Below are positions 22,324 to 31,686 of a stretch of DNA of 40,222 bases, in pieces. The notes beneath the pieces were generated by a model. That model did no database searches. It was not told the DNA's origin and saw only the letters and a list, made by a program, of their open reading frames with translations. Source of the stretch: Emiliania huxleyi CCMP1516 (Eukaryota). Positions within the stretch are counted from its first letter, which is position 1; each line of letters starts with the position of its first letter. Position numbers and translations under genes: made by a program. Where the stretch lies: contig NW_005201277.1 of NCBI RefSeq assembly GCF_000372725.1, positions 283,322 through 323,543 on the forward strand, read 5' to 3'.

Positions 22324-22661
22324 GGTTGCCTCCATGAACGGCGGAGCTATTCTCGCGTCCACACCACACCTGGCTCCAACGTGGACACGCCCATAGCTGG
22401 GGACACTACTAGGTCACGCATGGAAGTTTTGTCTCTGGGCCCCGAAAAAGGCATCTCTGGCAGCGTCGTTACGCATGCGCCCTCCCCTCCTGGGCGCATA
22501 CCGCCTCACGTCTCGACAGAGCATAAGCCCTTGGCGTGTGACGAGACGAGTTCTTCGCCATCGCAGCGAGCAGCAAACCACTCGCCGCAGCACCGCCGGG
22601 AGGCATCGCCGCAGAGCACTGTCTGCGCCGCAGTCCCACACCCGTCGACGAAGCTCCCCCC
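22324..22661 (+). repeat. Dispersed ~340-bp repeat, copy 1
   Basis: Highly similar to 37998-38335, from GGTTGCCTCCATGAACGGCGGAGC through CCCGTCGACGAAGCTCCCCC. Confidence 0.9.
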
Positions 22662-22922
22662 ATCGCTGAGTCACGCGCGGAAGCGTTGCTTTCAAAACGC
22701 GATGGAGAAAATTGGCTAACCTCATGCCCAAAGCCTCAAAACGAGTGTCACGCCGGCGCCCATGTAGAGCCCCACCTTGCACGTCTCGCCCGTCTCCTGC
22801 AGCTACACGCCTGTTACATGCAGCCGGCCGTCGCGCGCGAGGCGTGTTGTGGAGGCCGGCGAGCGACGGCCGCGCGCTGAACGCGCTTTCACGGCCGCCG
22901 ACTGCGCATTCACGCCCCCTCC

Positions 22923-24344
22923 TCACTGCCCCAGACCCCACGCCTCGACCTTCTTGGGCAGCAGCTGGTTCGACAGGTCGTCGCCGTGGCCTAGGCAGCC
23001 GCTTTCACCCTTGCCCCAGGTAAAGACGGTGTCATCGGCGGTGATGGCGAGGCTGTGCTGGGATCCAGCCGCCACAGCGGCGACGTGCCGCCCAGCAAAG
23101 GCCTCGACCTTCTTGGGCAGCAGCTGGCGCTGCTCGTCGCCGTGGCCCAGCTGACCTGAGGCTCCATAGCCCCAGCTCCAGACAGCGCCGTCGGCGGTGA
23201 CGGCGAGGCTGTGAGACATTCCCGCCGACACGGCGAGGACGCGCTGGTCAGCAAAGGCCTCGACCTTCTTCGGCTGCCGCTGGTGCTGCGTGTCGCCGTG
23301 GCCCAGCAGGCCCTCGCCTCCCCAGCCCCAGCTCCAGACGGCTCCGTCGGCGGTGAGGGCGAGGCTGTGATGGGCTCCCGCTGACACAGCGACGACGCGC
23401 TGGCCAGCCAAGGCCTCGATCTTCTTCGGCTGCCGCTGGTTCTGCACGTCGCCGTGGCCCAGCTTGCCAAAGCCTCCATCGCCCCAGCTCCAGACAGACC
23501 CGTCGGCGGTGAGGGCGAGGCTGTGCTGCTGTCCAGCCGACACAGCGACGACGCGCCGCCCAGCCAAGGCCTCGACCTTCTTCGGCTGCCACTGGTGCTG
23601 CTCGTCGTCGTGGCCCAACTGGCCCCAGCCTCCACAACCCCAGCTCCAGACACTGCCGTCGGCGGCGAGGGCGAGACCGTGGAATCCTCCAGCCGACACA
23701 GCGAGGACATGCTGGCCACCCAAGGCCTCGACGTGTTTGGGCAGCAGCTGGTGCTGATCGTCGCCGTGGCCCAGCCGGCCGGAGAAGCCGTGGCCCCAGC
23801 TCCAGACCTCTCCGCCGGCGGTGAGGGCGAGGCTGTGCCAACTTCCAGTCGCCACGCTCACGGCTTGCTCCAGAGTCGACGGGAGGCGGGTCGGCGTGTT
23901 GAGCCGCGTCACGCCTTCGCCGTGCCCGAGCAGTCCTAGCGCTAAAAGGTAGGCCGGCGATGAGCCGCACGACGAGAGCCGCCCCTCGCCGTCGATGAAG
24001 ACGCTGTGCGTTTCGCCTGCCGCCGCCCTCGCCGGCGGGTTGAACTCGCGCAGCAGAGCAGCAAAGCACAGCCATCGCACGGCGCAGCCCTCGCCCTCCG
24101 GCTGCGCCGGCAGCTCGAAGCCGCGCTCTTGCGCCCACAAGCGGATGCCCTCCAGCGCAAGCGAGGCGTGGAAGAGCAGCGAGACGGCCGCGACGCGAGC
24201 GATGTCGGCGGGGTCGCAGCGAGAGAGGGCGCGCGCGAGGAGCTCCGTGGGGAGGTCGAGGAGGCGGGTGGCCGGCGGCGTGTCTGGCGAGGGCGCGGCG
24301 ACGGAGGTGGCGAGGCGGCGCGAGCGGCGCCGCGGGGCTGACAT
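22923..24344 (-). CDS. F-box + RCC1-repeat (UVR8/HERC-like beta-propeller) protein, 473 aa, intronless
   Basis: F-box LLDLPTELLARALSRCDPADIARVAAVS, then about 7 RCC1 repeats (VSAG..HSLALTADG.VWSWG.G..G.LGHGD). Confidence 0.9.
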   Translation of the reverse strand: MSAPRRRSRRLATSVAAPSPDTPPATRLLDLPTELLARALSRCDPADIARVAAVSLLFHASLALEGIRLWAQERGFELPAQPEGEGCAVRWLCFAALLREFNPPARAAAGETHSVFIDGEGRLSSCGSSPAYLLALGLLGHGEGVTRLNTPTRLPSTLEQAVSVATGSWHSLALTAGGEVWSWGHGFSGRLGHGDDQHQLLPKHVEALGGQHVLAVSAGGFHGLALAADGSVWSWGCGGWGQLGHDDEQHQWQPKKVEALAGRRVVAVSAGQQHSLALTADGSVWSWGDGGFGKLGHGDVQNQRQPKKIEALAGQRVVAVSAGAHHSLALTADGAVWSWGWGGEGLLGHGDTQHQRQPKKVEAFADQRVLAVSAGMSHSLAVTADGAVWSWGYGASGQLGHGDEQRQLLPKKVEAFAGRHVAAVAAGSQHSLAITADDTVFTWGKGESGCLGHGDDLSNQLLPKKVEAWGLGQ

Positions 24345-24661
24345 CGCGAGAAAAAGAAATTACGACGGTTCCGCGTTTTCTTTTCCGTGTGGTGGCGGCG
24401 TGCCGTCCTCCCATCCCTCCCTTGGGTTGTCTTCTTTCTTTCTTTATTTTTCATTTTTACTTTGTATTGTGTGGTATGTGTGTCGATCCTATGTGACCGT
24501 CATATCGCCCAGGCCAGACCCCCTACCCGGCTTGGAGCCGGAACCCAGCCAGAGGCGGCGAAGCCCAGCCTTCCTGGTTGTGGACTTACTTTCACTACCC
24601 CCACGCTCGCCGCGCAGCGCCCGTTCCCGCCAAAGCACTCTCTCCGCGCCCAGCGTGAGCG

Positions 24662-25034
24662 ATGGATGCGGACGACATCAGCGAAGGACACCAGCGGAAG
24701 CGGGCCGAGCGCCAGCTCGACGACGGCATCGCGGCGATGCTCGACCAGTACTCGCAGCTGCTGCTCTGCGCGCGCGTCCGCGTGCCGGTGCAGCAGGGGG
24801 CGGACGAGCTCTCCGCCAGCGTCGCCTCCAGCGCGCTGCTTCAGTCTGCGGACGGGCTGCTCTCGCTCGCCGAAGGGCTCACCTTTGAGGCGCGCCGCCG
24901 TCTGCAGCCAACCCCTGCCTCCCACTCCCGGGCCAGAGCGGGCGCTGTGTGCACAGGCGCTGCTCTTCGACGGCGGCGACGGCGGTGAGACGGTCAGTCC
25001 GCGTCCGAGGGAGGGAGGGAGGGAGGGAGGGAGG

Positions 25035-25071
<37 letters not shown>

Positions 25072-25375
25072 TTCGGGAGATAGTTTGCCGCTCCAAGCTA
25101 TCGCCCCGCCCCGGTGCCTCGTGCGCAGGCACGTGCGGTGAGCGCCCGCGAGCGGAGTGCCGCCAGAGACGCCGAGCGGCGCCTCGAGGCGGTCAGACGA
25201 GAGGCAGCCGCCCGCCCTCTCCACCCGACGCCTTTGCCGGCGCCATGGCCTCATGCCACCGCCTCGCCCGGCCTCCGCACAGGCGCAGGCGGCTCTGCGC
25301 GAGCTGGAGGAGAGCTACTACTCCTCCGCGCGACTCCTCGCACGCGGCGGCGGGCGAGATGGCGGGGATGAGTGA
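24662..25375 (+). CDS. MED22: Mediator complex subunit 22; exons about 24662-24889, 24957-24992, 25129-~25200, 25283-25375
   Basis: LDDGIAAMLDQYSQLLLCARV...ALLQSADGLLSLAEGL and the C-terminal AALRELEESYYSS resemble plant/algal MED22 (recalled consensus ...DNF..+V..ARV...AADSLL.L...LKELE.HYYSS). Splice sites keep the frame. Confidence 0.7.
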
Positions 25376-25623
25376 GGCGTGAGAGGCGCACAGCACACGG
25401 CTCACGGGCTTGCGCACATGGAGTTGGAGACTGAGAGAGATTAAACAACTCGCAGCTGTATCGTCGCGGCGATCTCAGGGCGAGGTCCCGCGCAGCTGGA
25501 GATCCGAGCGACGCGGTTTTAAACACTCCTTTTTCTTCTGATGACCGTCACTCTCTCGACAGCACACCCCACACAAAGAGCGTCTCGGGCGAGCCAACTG
25601 CACGCGCCAAACGCGCGGCGCAT

Positions 25624-26250
25624 CTATCTGCTCTGTGGCACCGCGCGCCTGCGCGAGCCTGCTCCGAGCACCCTGCCGATGTACGCCTGCTGTGCAGACT
25701 CAAGCTCCTCCCCGCTGGCCGCAGACATTTCTCTCCTCCGCGGTTCTGCCGCCGACGGTGGCCGAGGCGGCGACGCAGCTGCTCGCGCAGCGGCGTGGCC
25801 GGATGGAGGCCGAGTCGGCGCCGCGTGGCCGCGGATGAAGGCCGCCTGCTGATCCTGAAGCTCCAGGTCCTTGACGCGCGTGCGGAGCGCGCGGCACGTA
25901 GCTTGCGCCCCGTCCAGCGCCAATTCGCGATCGGTGAGTGACGCTGCTGCGCGGGAGGCTTCCGCCCGCGCCGCGCTCCTCTCCTCGCTGGCTCGCGCCA
26001 GTGCGCTCTTCAGCGCCGCCTCCCGCCGCTGACCCTCCTGCAGTGCACGGCGGAGCGCGCGCTCGGACTCTCGAAGCGCAGCCGCCTCTTGCATGAGGGC
26101 CGCCTCTGCAGCGGCTCGCTGCTCCAGCTCGAGGGCGAGCCGGGAGGAGTCACGCTCGGCCTCGGCGGCCCGCGCCTCGAGCAGCTCGTGGAGCGCGCGC
26201 CGCCGCGCCGACAAGGAGTCGGCCTGGTCGAGAAGTGCGGGGTCGGGCAT
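25624..26250 (-). CDS. Hypothetical coiled-coil protein (208 aa)
   Basis: ATG-started ORF with heptad-like A/E/R/L composition and an AT-rich region upstream. Confidence 0.6.
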   Translation of the reverse strand: MPDPALLDQADSLSARRRALHELLEARAAEAERDSSRLALELEQRAAAEAALMQEAAALRESERALRRALQEGQRREAALKSALARASEERSAARAEASRAAASLTDRELALDGAQATCRALRTRVKDLELQDQQAAFIRGHAAPTRPPSGHAAARAAASPPRPPSAAEPRRREMSAASGEELESAQQAYIGRVLGAGSRRRAVPQSR

Positions 26251-26337
26251 CTCCGGCTCCGGGTCGGGCGCGCCGCCTTGTTATTACATTGAGAAGAAAA
26301 CACTTTTAGTTCACACAATAAGAAGTGGCCACGCGAG

Positions 26338-26577
26338 TGAGCGGACGATCAGGCCGTCGTACTCGCCGATGATCTTCTTGAGCTCGGCGGGCGGGACCTT
26401 GGACTTGCAATCGACCACGACGCCCGCCTTTTGCAGGATGTCCACGCACACCTGCGCGCACGGAGGCGGCGGCACGCTCACCGCGGTCTGCTCCACTCGC
26501 TGCCGTCGCCGGCGGTGCGGCGCCTGCTCGATCGGGTCCGAGATGAGCACCTTCTTGCCCTTGGCGCTCGCGCCGCC
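26338..26577 (-). pseudogene. 5' fragment of D-3-phosphoglycerate dehydrogenase (PHGDH/SerA-like), truncated after GLIVRS
   Basis: KKVLISDPIEQ|VCVDILQKAGVVVDCKSKVPPAELKKIIGEYDGLIVRS after removing the GC-AG intron 26523-26452. A stop, AT-rich sequence and an unrelated gene follow, with no room for the rest of the enzyme. Confidence 0.75.
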
Positions 26578-26792
26578 CTGCGTGCAGCCTGCGTGCGCGG
26601 GCCCGCTTCGCGGTGGCAGGACCGTCCCCAGTTCGACGTCGTCGAACAACGTTCGACCATGGCGCTGTTCACAGCGCGCGCGGACGGCGGTTCTGCGAGT
26701 CCCGCTCAGCAGGACTTTTGTAAAGCATGCTTGTGGCAAGTTATAGACGCTAGTATCGACCTCAGAGACCCAAACCCGAATTAATAATTTAG

Positions 26793-26996
26793 GCTCAAGG
26801 CGCCATCGCGGCTAACTCGATCCACCCGGTGAGTGACCACATCAAGCTGCTCAAGCAGACGGCGCAGCGCGAGCCAAAGTACGCCTTCCTCGACCCCGGC
26901 CCGATTGGGTCGCTGTACGAGGCGGCGGTCGGCTGGTCGACGCCGAGCGGCGAACTGCGCGGCGACGACGAGGAGCACGGCGGCAGGGCGCCGTGA
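26793..26996 (+). pseudogene. Orphan terminal exon-like fragment (67 aa plus stop), weakly SURP-like
   Basis: After the TTTAG acceptor an open frame with coding-like codon use reads ...IKLLKQTAQREPKYAFLDPGPIGSLYEAAVGW...stop. No upstream exon is apparent. Confidence 0.35.
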
Positions 26997-27390
26997 GAGT
27001 GATGCGGACATGGCCTCGGCGGCGGTCCGTGGGGCACCAGGGGCCGGGGCCGGGGGGTTGGGGGAGATGGAGAGAGGTGGCTCAGGACGGAGTACTGTGT
27101 GCTCTCAAGGTTATTTACAACTTTTTGTATTTGTTTCGCACATCTCATATGCCTTGCGCGTTGCGGGGCTTGCGGCTTGCGAGAGCTGCCACGAGTCGCG
27201 GAGAAATTCTCGCGCACCCAGGCCGCGGGTGCGGGGTCTATACGTGTACTAAGATACTAAATTGGATACTACACCGGAAACCATAATGATTCCATGGACA
27301 TGGTTGTGGGGCATGGGCCCTCTGCGAGGGAGAGGGGGGGGGGGGGGCGGGGTAGTGGGTCGAAATATTTCCGTAAAAGACGCCATCAGG

Positions 27391-28776
27391 ATGAGGGCGC
27401 AAACAACCGGTGGGGCGGTGCCAAAGGAGGTCGTGCGGGCAGCAAAACGAGGCGATGACGAGGCGGTGCTGGCGTGGCTCGACGGCGGTGGGCGGGTGAA
27501 CGCGAGGTTCGAGTACGTCTTTGCGGACGGTCCTGTGAGCGGCATGACGCTGCTGATGCTCGCAATGATGAAGGGCCACGAGGGGCTGGCGACGGCGCTG
27601 CTCCAGCGCGGCGCGGATGTCTCGTTGCAGTCTAGCGACGACGACACCGCGCTGAGTTTCGCCGCCGCGTATGGCCACGAGAAGTCGAACGAGAAGCTGG
27701 TCGAGTTGGCGTTGCGGCACGGCTCGGAGATCAACCAGCAAATTGCTTTCGGCGGCACCGCGCTGATGGCCGCCGCCGCAAAAGGCCACAAGAAAGTGGT
27801 GGACACGCTGATCCGGCACGGCGCGGCGATCGACCTGCAAGACAACGCCGGCTTCACCGCACTGAGTCTCGCCGCTTTCTACGGCCACCCCGCCGCCCTC
27901 CTCCGCCTGCTGCGGGCGGGCGCAGACATGACGCTGTGCACTACGGATGGCAAGACCGCGCTGCAGTGGGCCAAGGACAAGGGCCACGCCGGGTGCGTGC
28001 GTGCCCTCGCGGAGCATGCGGCGGCCGAGAAGGCGGCGGAGGAGGCAGCTAAGAAGGCGGAGAAGGCGGCGGAGAAGGCGGCGGCGGAGGCGGCGTGGGC
28101 CGCGGGAGCGGCGGAGAGGGCGGCGCAGAGGGCGGCGGAGGAGAAGGAGGCGGCGCGGCACGCCGAGGAGCTGCTGGCGGAGATCGAGGCGGAGGTCGAG
28201 GCGGAGAAGCGCGCCAAGGGCAAGAAGGGCAAGAAAAAGAAGACGAAGGGCGGCGGTGCGGGCGGGGCGGGGCCGTCGCAGGAGCCCGAGGAGGGTGCCG
28301 AGGCGCCGTCGGAGGCAGACGCAGCCGAGGCGGCGAAGAAGGCCGAGGAGGCGAGGCTTCTCCTGCTTCTCGAGAAGTGTCACGAGGAGAGGATCCGGTT
28401 CGGCATCACGGCGGAGAGCCAGGCAGCGGCGTCGGCCGAGGTGGCCGAGGCGGCGCGCTTGGACGCTGAGGCGGAGGCGGCGGAGGCGGCGGAGGCCGAG
28501 GCGGCGGCCGAGGCGGCGCTGGCGGATGCCGAGGTTGCGCGGGCGGAGGCCAGAGCAGCGCTGGAGAAGGCCAAGGCGGCGCAGGCGGCGGCTAGGGCAG
28601 CGCTAATCGCGGCCGATTTGGCTGTTGAAGGGGGCGAGACGGCGCTCGAAGGGAGCGACGCGGCGCTCGAGGAGGCGGCGGCCGCTGCAGACGCGGCGCG
28701 CGCTGCTGCGGCCGCTTCGAGGGCGAGGGCGGCTGCTGCCAGGACGGCGGCAGACGCAGTCCAGCAGCACTCATAG
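27391..28776 (+). CDS. Ankyrin-repeat protein with an Ala/Glu/Lys coiled-coil tail (frame open from 27262; likely start 27391)
   Basis: VPKEVVRAAKRGDDEAVLAWLDGGGRVNA...GMTLLMLA..GHE and further ankyrin repeats. Same module family as the ankyrin blocks of the 17320-21627 gene. Confidence 0.85.
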   Translation: MRAQTTGGAVPKEVVRAAKRGDDEAVLAWLDGGGRVNARFEYVFADGPVSGMTLLMLAMMKGHEGLATALLQRGADVSLQSSDDDTALSFAAAYGHEKSNEKLVELALRHGSEINQQIAFGGTALMAAAAKGHKKVVDTLIRHGAAIDLQDNAGFTALSLAAFYGHPAALLRLLRAGADMTLCTTDGKTALQWAKDKGHAGCVRALAEHAAAEKAAEEAAKKAEKAAEKAAAEAAWAAGAAERAAQRAAEEKEAARHAEELLAEIEAEVEAEKRAKGKKGKKKKTKGGGAGGAGPSQEPEEGAEAPSEADAAEAAKKAEEARLLLLLEKCHEERIRFGITAESQAAASAEVAEAARLDAEAEAAEAAEAEAAAEAALADAEVARAEARAALEKAKAAQAAARAALIAADLAVEGGETALEGSDAALEEAAAAADAARAAAAASRARAAAARTAADAVQQHS

Positions 28777-29092
28777 AGAGTGTGAAGTCTCTGAGAGGAC
28801 CCTGGAGAGGACGTCCCGAGCAGGGGGGGGGGGGGGGGCGGACTGCCGGACGGCACATCGCGGAGCAGATCGTCACAGGCCTTCGTTGTCGAGAGGTCAG
28901 CGCTCCTCTCTCGAGATCCCGGCGGCCGCGGAAGTCCCGCTCGTCGCCTTGTGTTGCCGCGTTGTGTAATACCGCGTTGTGTAGCACATGCACATGCAAA
29001 AAGGGAGAATTGGAACCTTGTCCTAGGTTCCGCGCTAAATCTGATTTTTTTCGCGAAACGCCGTCTTCCTGACACATTCCACCGCCATCTCA

Positions 29093-29551
29093 ATGACCAA
29101 CACCAGCTGCGACGACGCCGTCGACGCTCGGGCTCCAGATCGACACGCTCTCCATCCTGAGACCTGACGCTCCTGGTCATCTGCTTCATCTCTCTCGCCG
29201 TCGGCACAACCGTCGTGCTTGAAGAAATGCGCCAGATCTACCGGAGCAAGAAGCGAGCCTTCCTCCTCGGCTGGCATTCGCATTCGCGAGCTGCTTCGAC
29301 TTTGACCAGCTTGTGGCGTTGTCCTGGTCGGCATGGCGCCGGGAGGCAGCACGTCGAATCTCTTTACGCTGTGGGCCAGAGGCAACGTGGCTCTGTCGGT
29401 CGCCATGTCCGCGGCGTCGACAACCTGCGCCCTGTTCATGCTGCCCCTCCTCTACCTCCTGTACGTCCGTGTCGGCCTCGGCCTCGGCGACGCACTTGAC
29501 CTGCCCGTCGTCAACATCGTGATTGCCCTGCTGACCATTGTCGTGCCGGTG
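29093..29551 (+). pseudogene. Degenerate N-terminal half of a bile acid:sodium symporter (SLC10/SBF family)
   Basis: GVVLVGMAPGGSTSNLFTLWARGNVALSVAMSAAST is the SBF signature. The upstream TM segment LVICFISLAVGTT...AFLLGW needs frameshifts to join ATG 29093, and the C-terminal half is missing. Confidence 0.7.
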
Positions 29552-29850
29552 GCCCGAAGCAGAGCCCAGTGCACACAGGAGCCTCTGGCATGCCGCGGTT
29601 CGAGCGAGCAGCTTTCTCTCTCTCTCGGCCCTGTTCACGCGCGCGCGAGACGTGCAGACAGGGTTGTTTTTGTTTATTGTGTGTGTGCGGGAGTTGGTTT
29701 GTCGGGAGGGAGGGGCAGGCTGCTCACCCACGTGCACCGGGCCATGGTCCTACCCGTGTCCGGGTGTGGAGATGCGAGGGTCGCCCCCCCTTCTTACCTT
29801 ACCTCAGCAAAAGAAAACAATGCCGCTCTTGGTGGCCCAGCCAGGAGCCC

Positions 29851-31320
29851 ATGGAGGAGCCGGGCGATCGCGACGCGGTTGCGATGCCTGCAGCGGAGTG
29901 GCAGCCGCTTGACGACGCCGGCACCCCCGCTGCGAGCGGCTGCGTCGGTCGCTGGCTCACCGAGGCGTCTGACCTGGCCGCCACCGACGCCGAGGCGCGG
30001 GTGGCCATGTGGTCGTCGGACCGGCTGCCTCTGCGCTTCCCGCAGGAGTGGCCGGCCGCGTTCAAATCCGCGCCGCTGAGGCGGCTGCTCAATAAGTCGA
30101 TGCTGAACGGCGTGCGCTGCCGCGCGGTGCCTCCGCCGACGGCGGCAGAGCACGCCGCCGCCGCCGGTGTCGTGCTCGAGCCGCTGCACTCGTTTTCCAA
30201 CGCCGAGCGGGTGGCCGCCGCGAGCGGCTGGGCGGTGGTCAAGGGATTTTGGGTGTTCGAGCTGGCCGACGCCCCGCCGAGTGCGTCCTTTGTCGCCGTC
30301 CGCCACTGGTGGAACGCCACCTCCTCGGGAGGGTGGGTCGACCTCACCCCGAGGCTGAGCGAGGCCGCCGGTGAGGAGCCGCGCTCGCGCCTCCTCGTCG
30401 AGTCGGCTCTCGGCGACAAGGCTGCCGACAAGCTGACGGCCGCGGGCCGCGACTTTGCGTGCGCGCTCGCCCGCCGCATCGGCGCGGGGGAGCGGCCGCC
30501 CCCACCACCGACGCCGCCGCCCGGCGCGGCGACAGTCGCCGCCACCGCAGCGGCCGATGCTACTTCTGTTACTTGCTGCCGGGCGCCGGCTACTGTGGTG
30601 GCGGCGGCCGCGGCGGCGGAAACCGCGGCGGCGGCGGAAACCGCGGCGGCGGCGGAAAGCGCGGCGGCGGCGGGCAGGCGTGCGATTGCCTCCAACGGGT
30701 CGCCGGCCGGCACCCTCAGCTATGCCCGGTGGGACGCGATCGACGTGTCGGACGACGAGGAGGAGGAGCAGGGGCGCGAGGCGGCGGCGGCGGCCGCCCG
30801 CGAGGCGGCGGCGGCGCGGAGGCAGGAGGAGGAGGTTGCGGCGGCGATGAAGGCGCACCAGCAGTCGGTGACGAGCGCTGTGGAGGCGGCGGTCGCCGCA
30901 TCCGCCGCGGGCGACGAAGCGGCGCTCGAGGAGCTGAGCCAGGCGACGCGCGCTGCGGCGCCACTGCCGGCAGAGATGGAGGAGCTGGTCGCGTCGCTGC
31001 CGTTGGCGGCGCAGATTGCGGCGCGCGCGGCGGCGAGCAGCGCGGCGGCGGGCGGCGCGGCGGCGGGCGGCGCTGACGCGGGCGACGCCGTCTCGCTCCG
31101 AGAGATGCTCACCGCTGCGGCGGTCGCCGACGACGCCGGCGACCCGGCGCTCGAGGACCCACAAGAGTTTTTCGACAATGGGCCTCTGGCCGCGGCGGCG
31201 GCGGAGGAGCAGGCGGCGCGCCGAGCGGCGCTGCGAGCGCGCGCCGAGGCCGCCGCCGCCGAGAGCGCCAGGAAGGCCGACCTCGAGCAGCGGGTCGAGT
31301 GGCTCGGCGATTGGTCCTGA
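29851..31320 (+). CDS. Hypothetical protein with a GW.VVKGFW...HWWN...WVDLTP domain and a Cdc37-N-like YARWDAIDVSDDE motif
   Basis: Long open frame (from 29569; ATG at 29851) with strong GC3 bias. Motifs read from the translation. Confidence 0.65.
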   Translation: MEEPGDRDAVAMPAAEWQPLDDAGTPAASGCVGRWLTEASDLAATDAEARVAMWSSDRLPLRFPQEWPAAFKSAPLRRLLNKSMLNGVRCRAVPPPTAAEHAAAAGVVLEPLHSFSNAERVAAASGWAVVKGFWVFELADAPPSASFVAVRHWWNATSSGGWVDLTPRLSEAAGEEPRSRLLVESALGDKAADKLTAAGRDFACALARRIGAGERPPPPPTPPPGAATVAATAAADATSVTCCRAPATVVAAAAAAETAAAAETAAAAESAAAAGRRAIASNGSPAGTLSYARWDAIDVSDDEEEEQGREAAAAAAREAAAARRQEEEVAAAMKAHQQSVTSAVEAAVAASAAGDEAALEELSQATRAAAPLPAEMEELVASLPLAAQIAARAAASSAAAGGAAAGGADAGDAVSLREMLTAAAVADDAGDPALEDPQEFFDNGPLAAAAAEEQAARRAALRARAEAAAAESARKADLEQRVEWLGDWS

Positions 31321-31686
31321 GCCGGGGCCGTCCTCTCACCCTCCAATCGCGACGGCGCCCGACAACGACTCAACTTGCTCTTCTCTTTTTTCACGCGGGC
31401 TGTTTCCCCCGCGCGCGCGCGCGCGCGCGCGCGCCCGCGCGCCCGCCCCCCCACGTTTTTATTGAGTGTTGAGAGCCCTGAGCAGGGGCGTCAAGTGTCG
31501 TCAAGAGTGTCGAAAAAACGGACAGAGAAACGATGAGAGCGACAAACGGATGCAAAAGGTGAGAGGCCAAGATCATGCACAGCTCTAATCCAAAGTGAAT
31601 CGCGCGGCCACGCCATCGCAGAGGAGGAAGGAGCTCGCGCTCGGAGATTCGCAGTGGCCGGATGCCGGGCCGGCGCCGCGGAGAGC

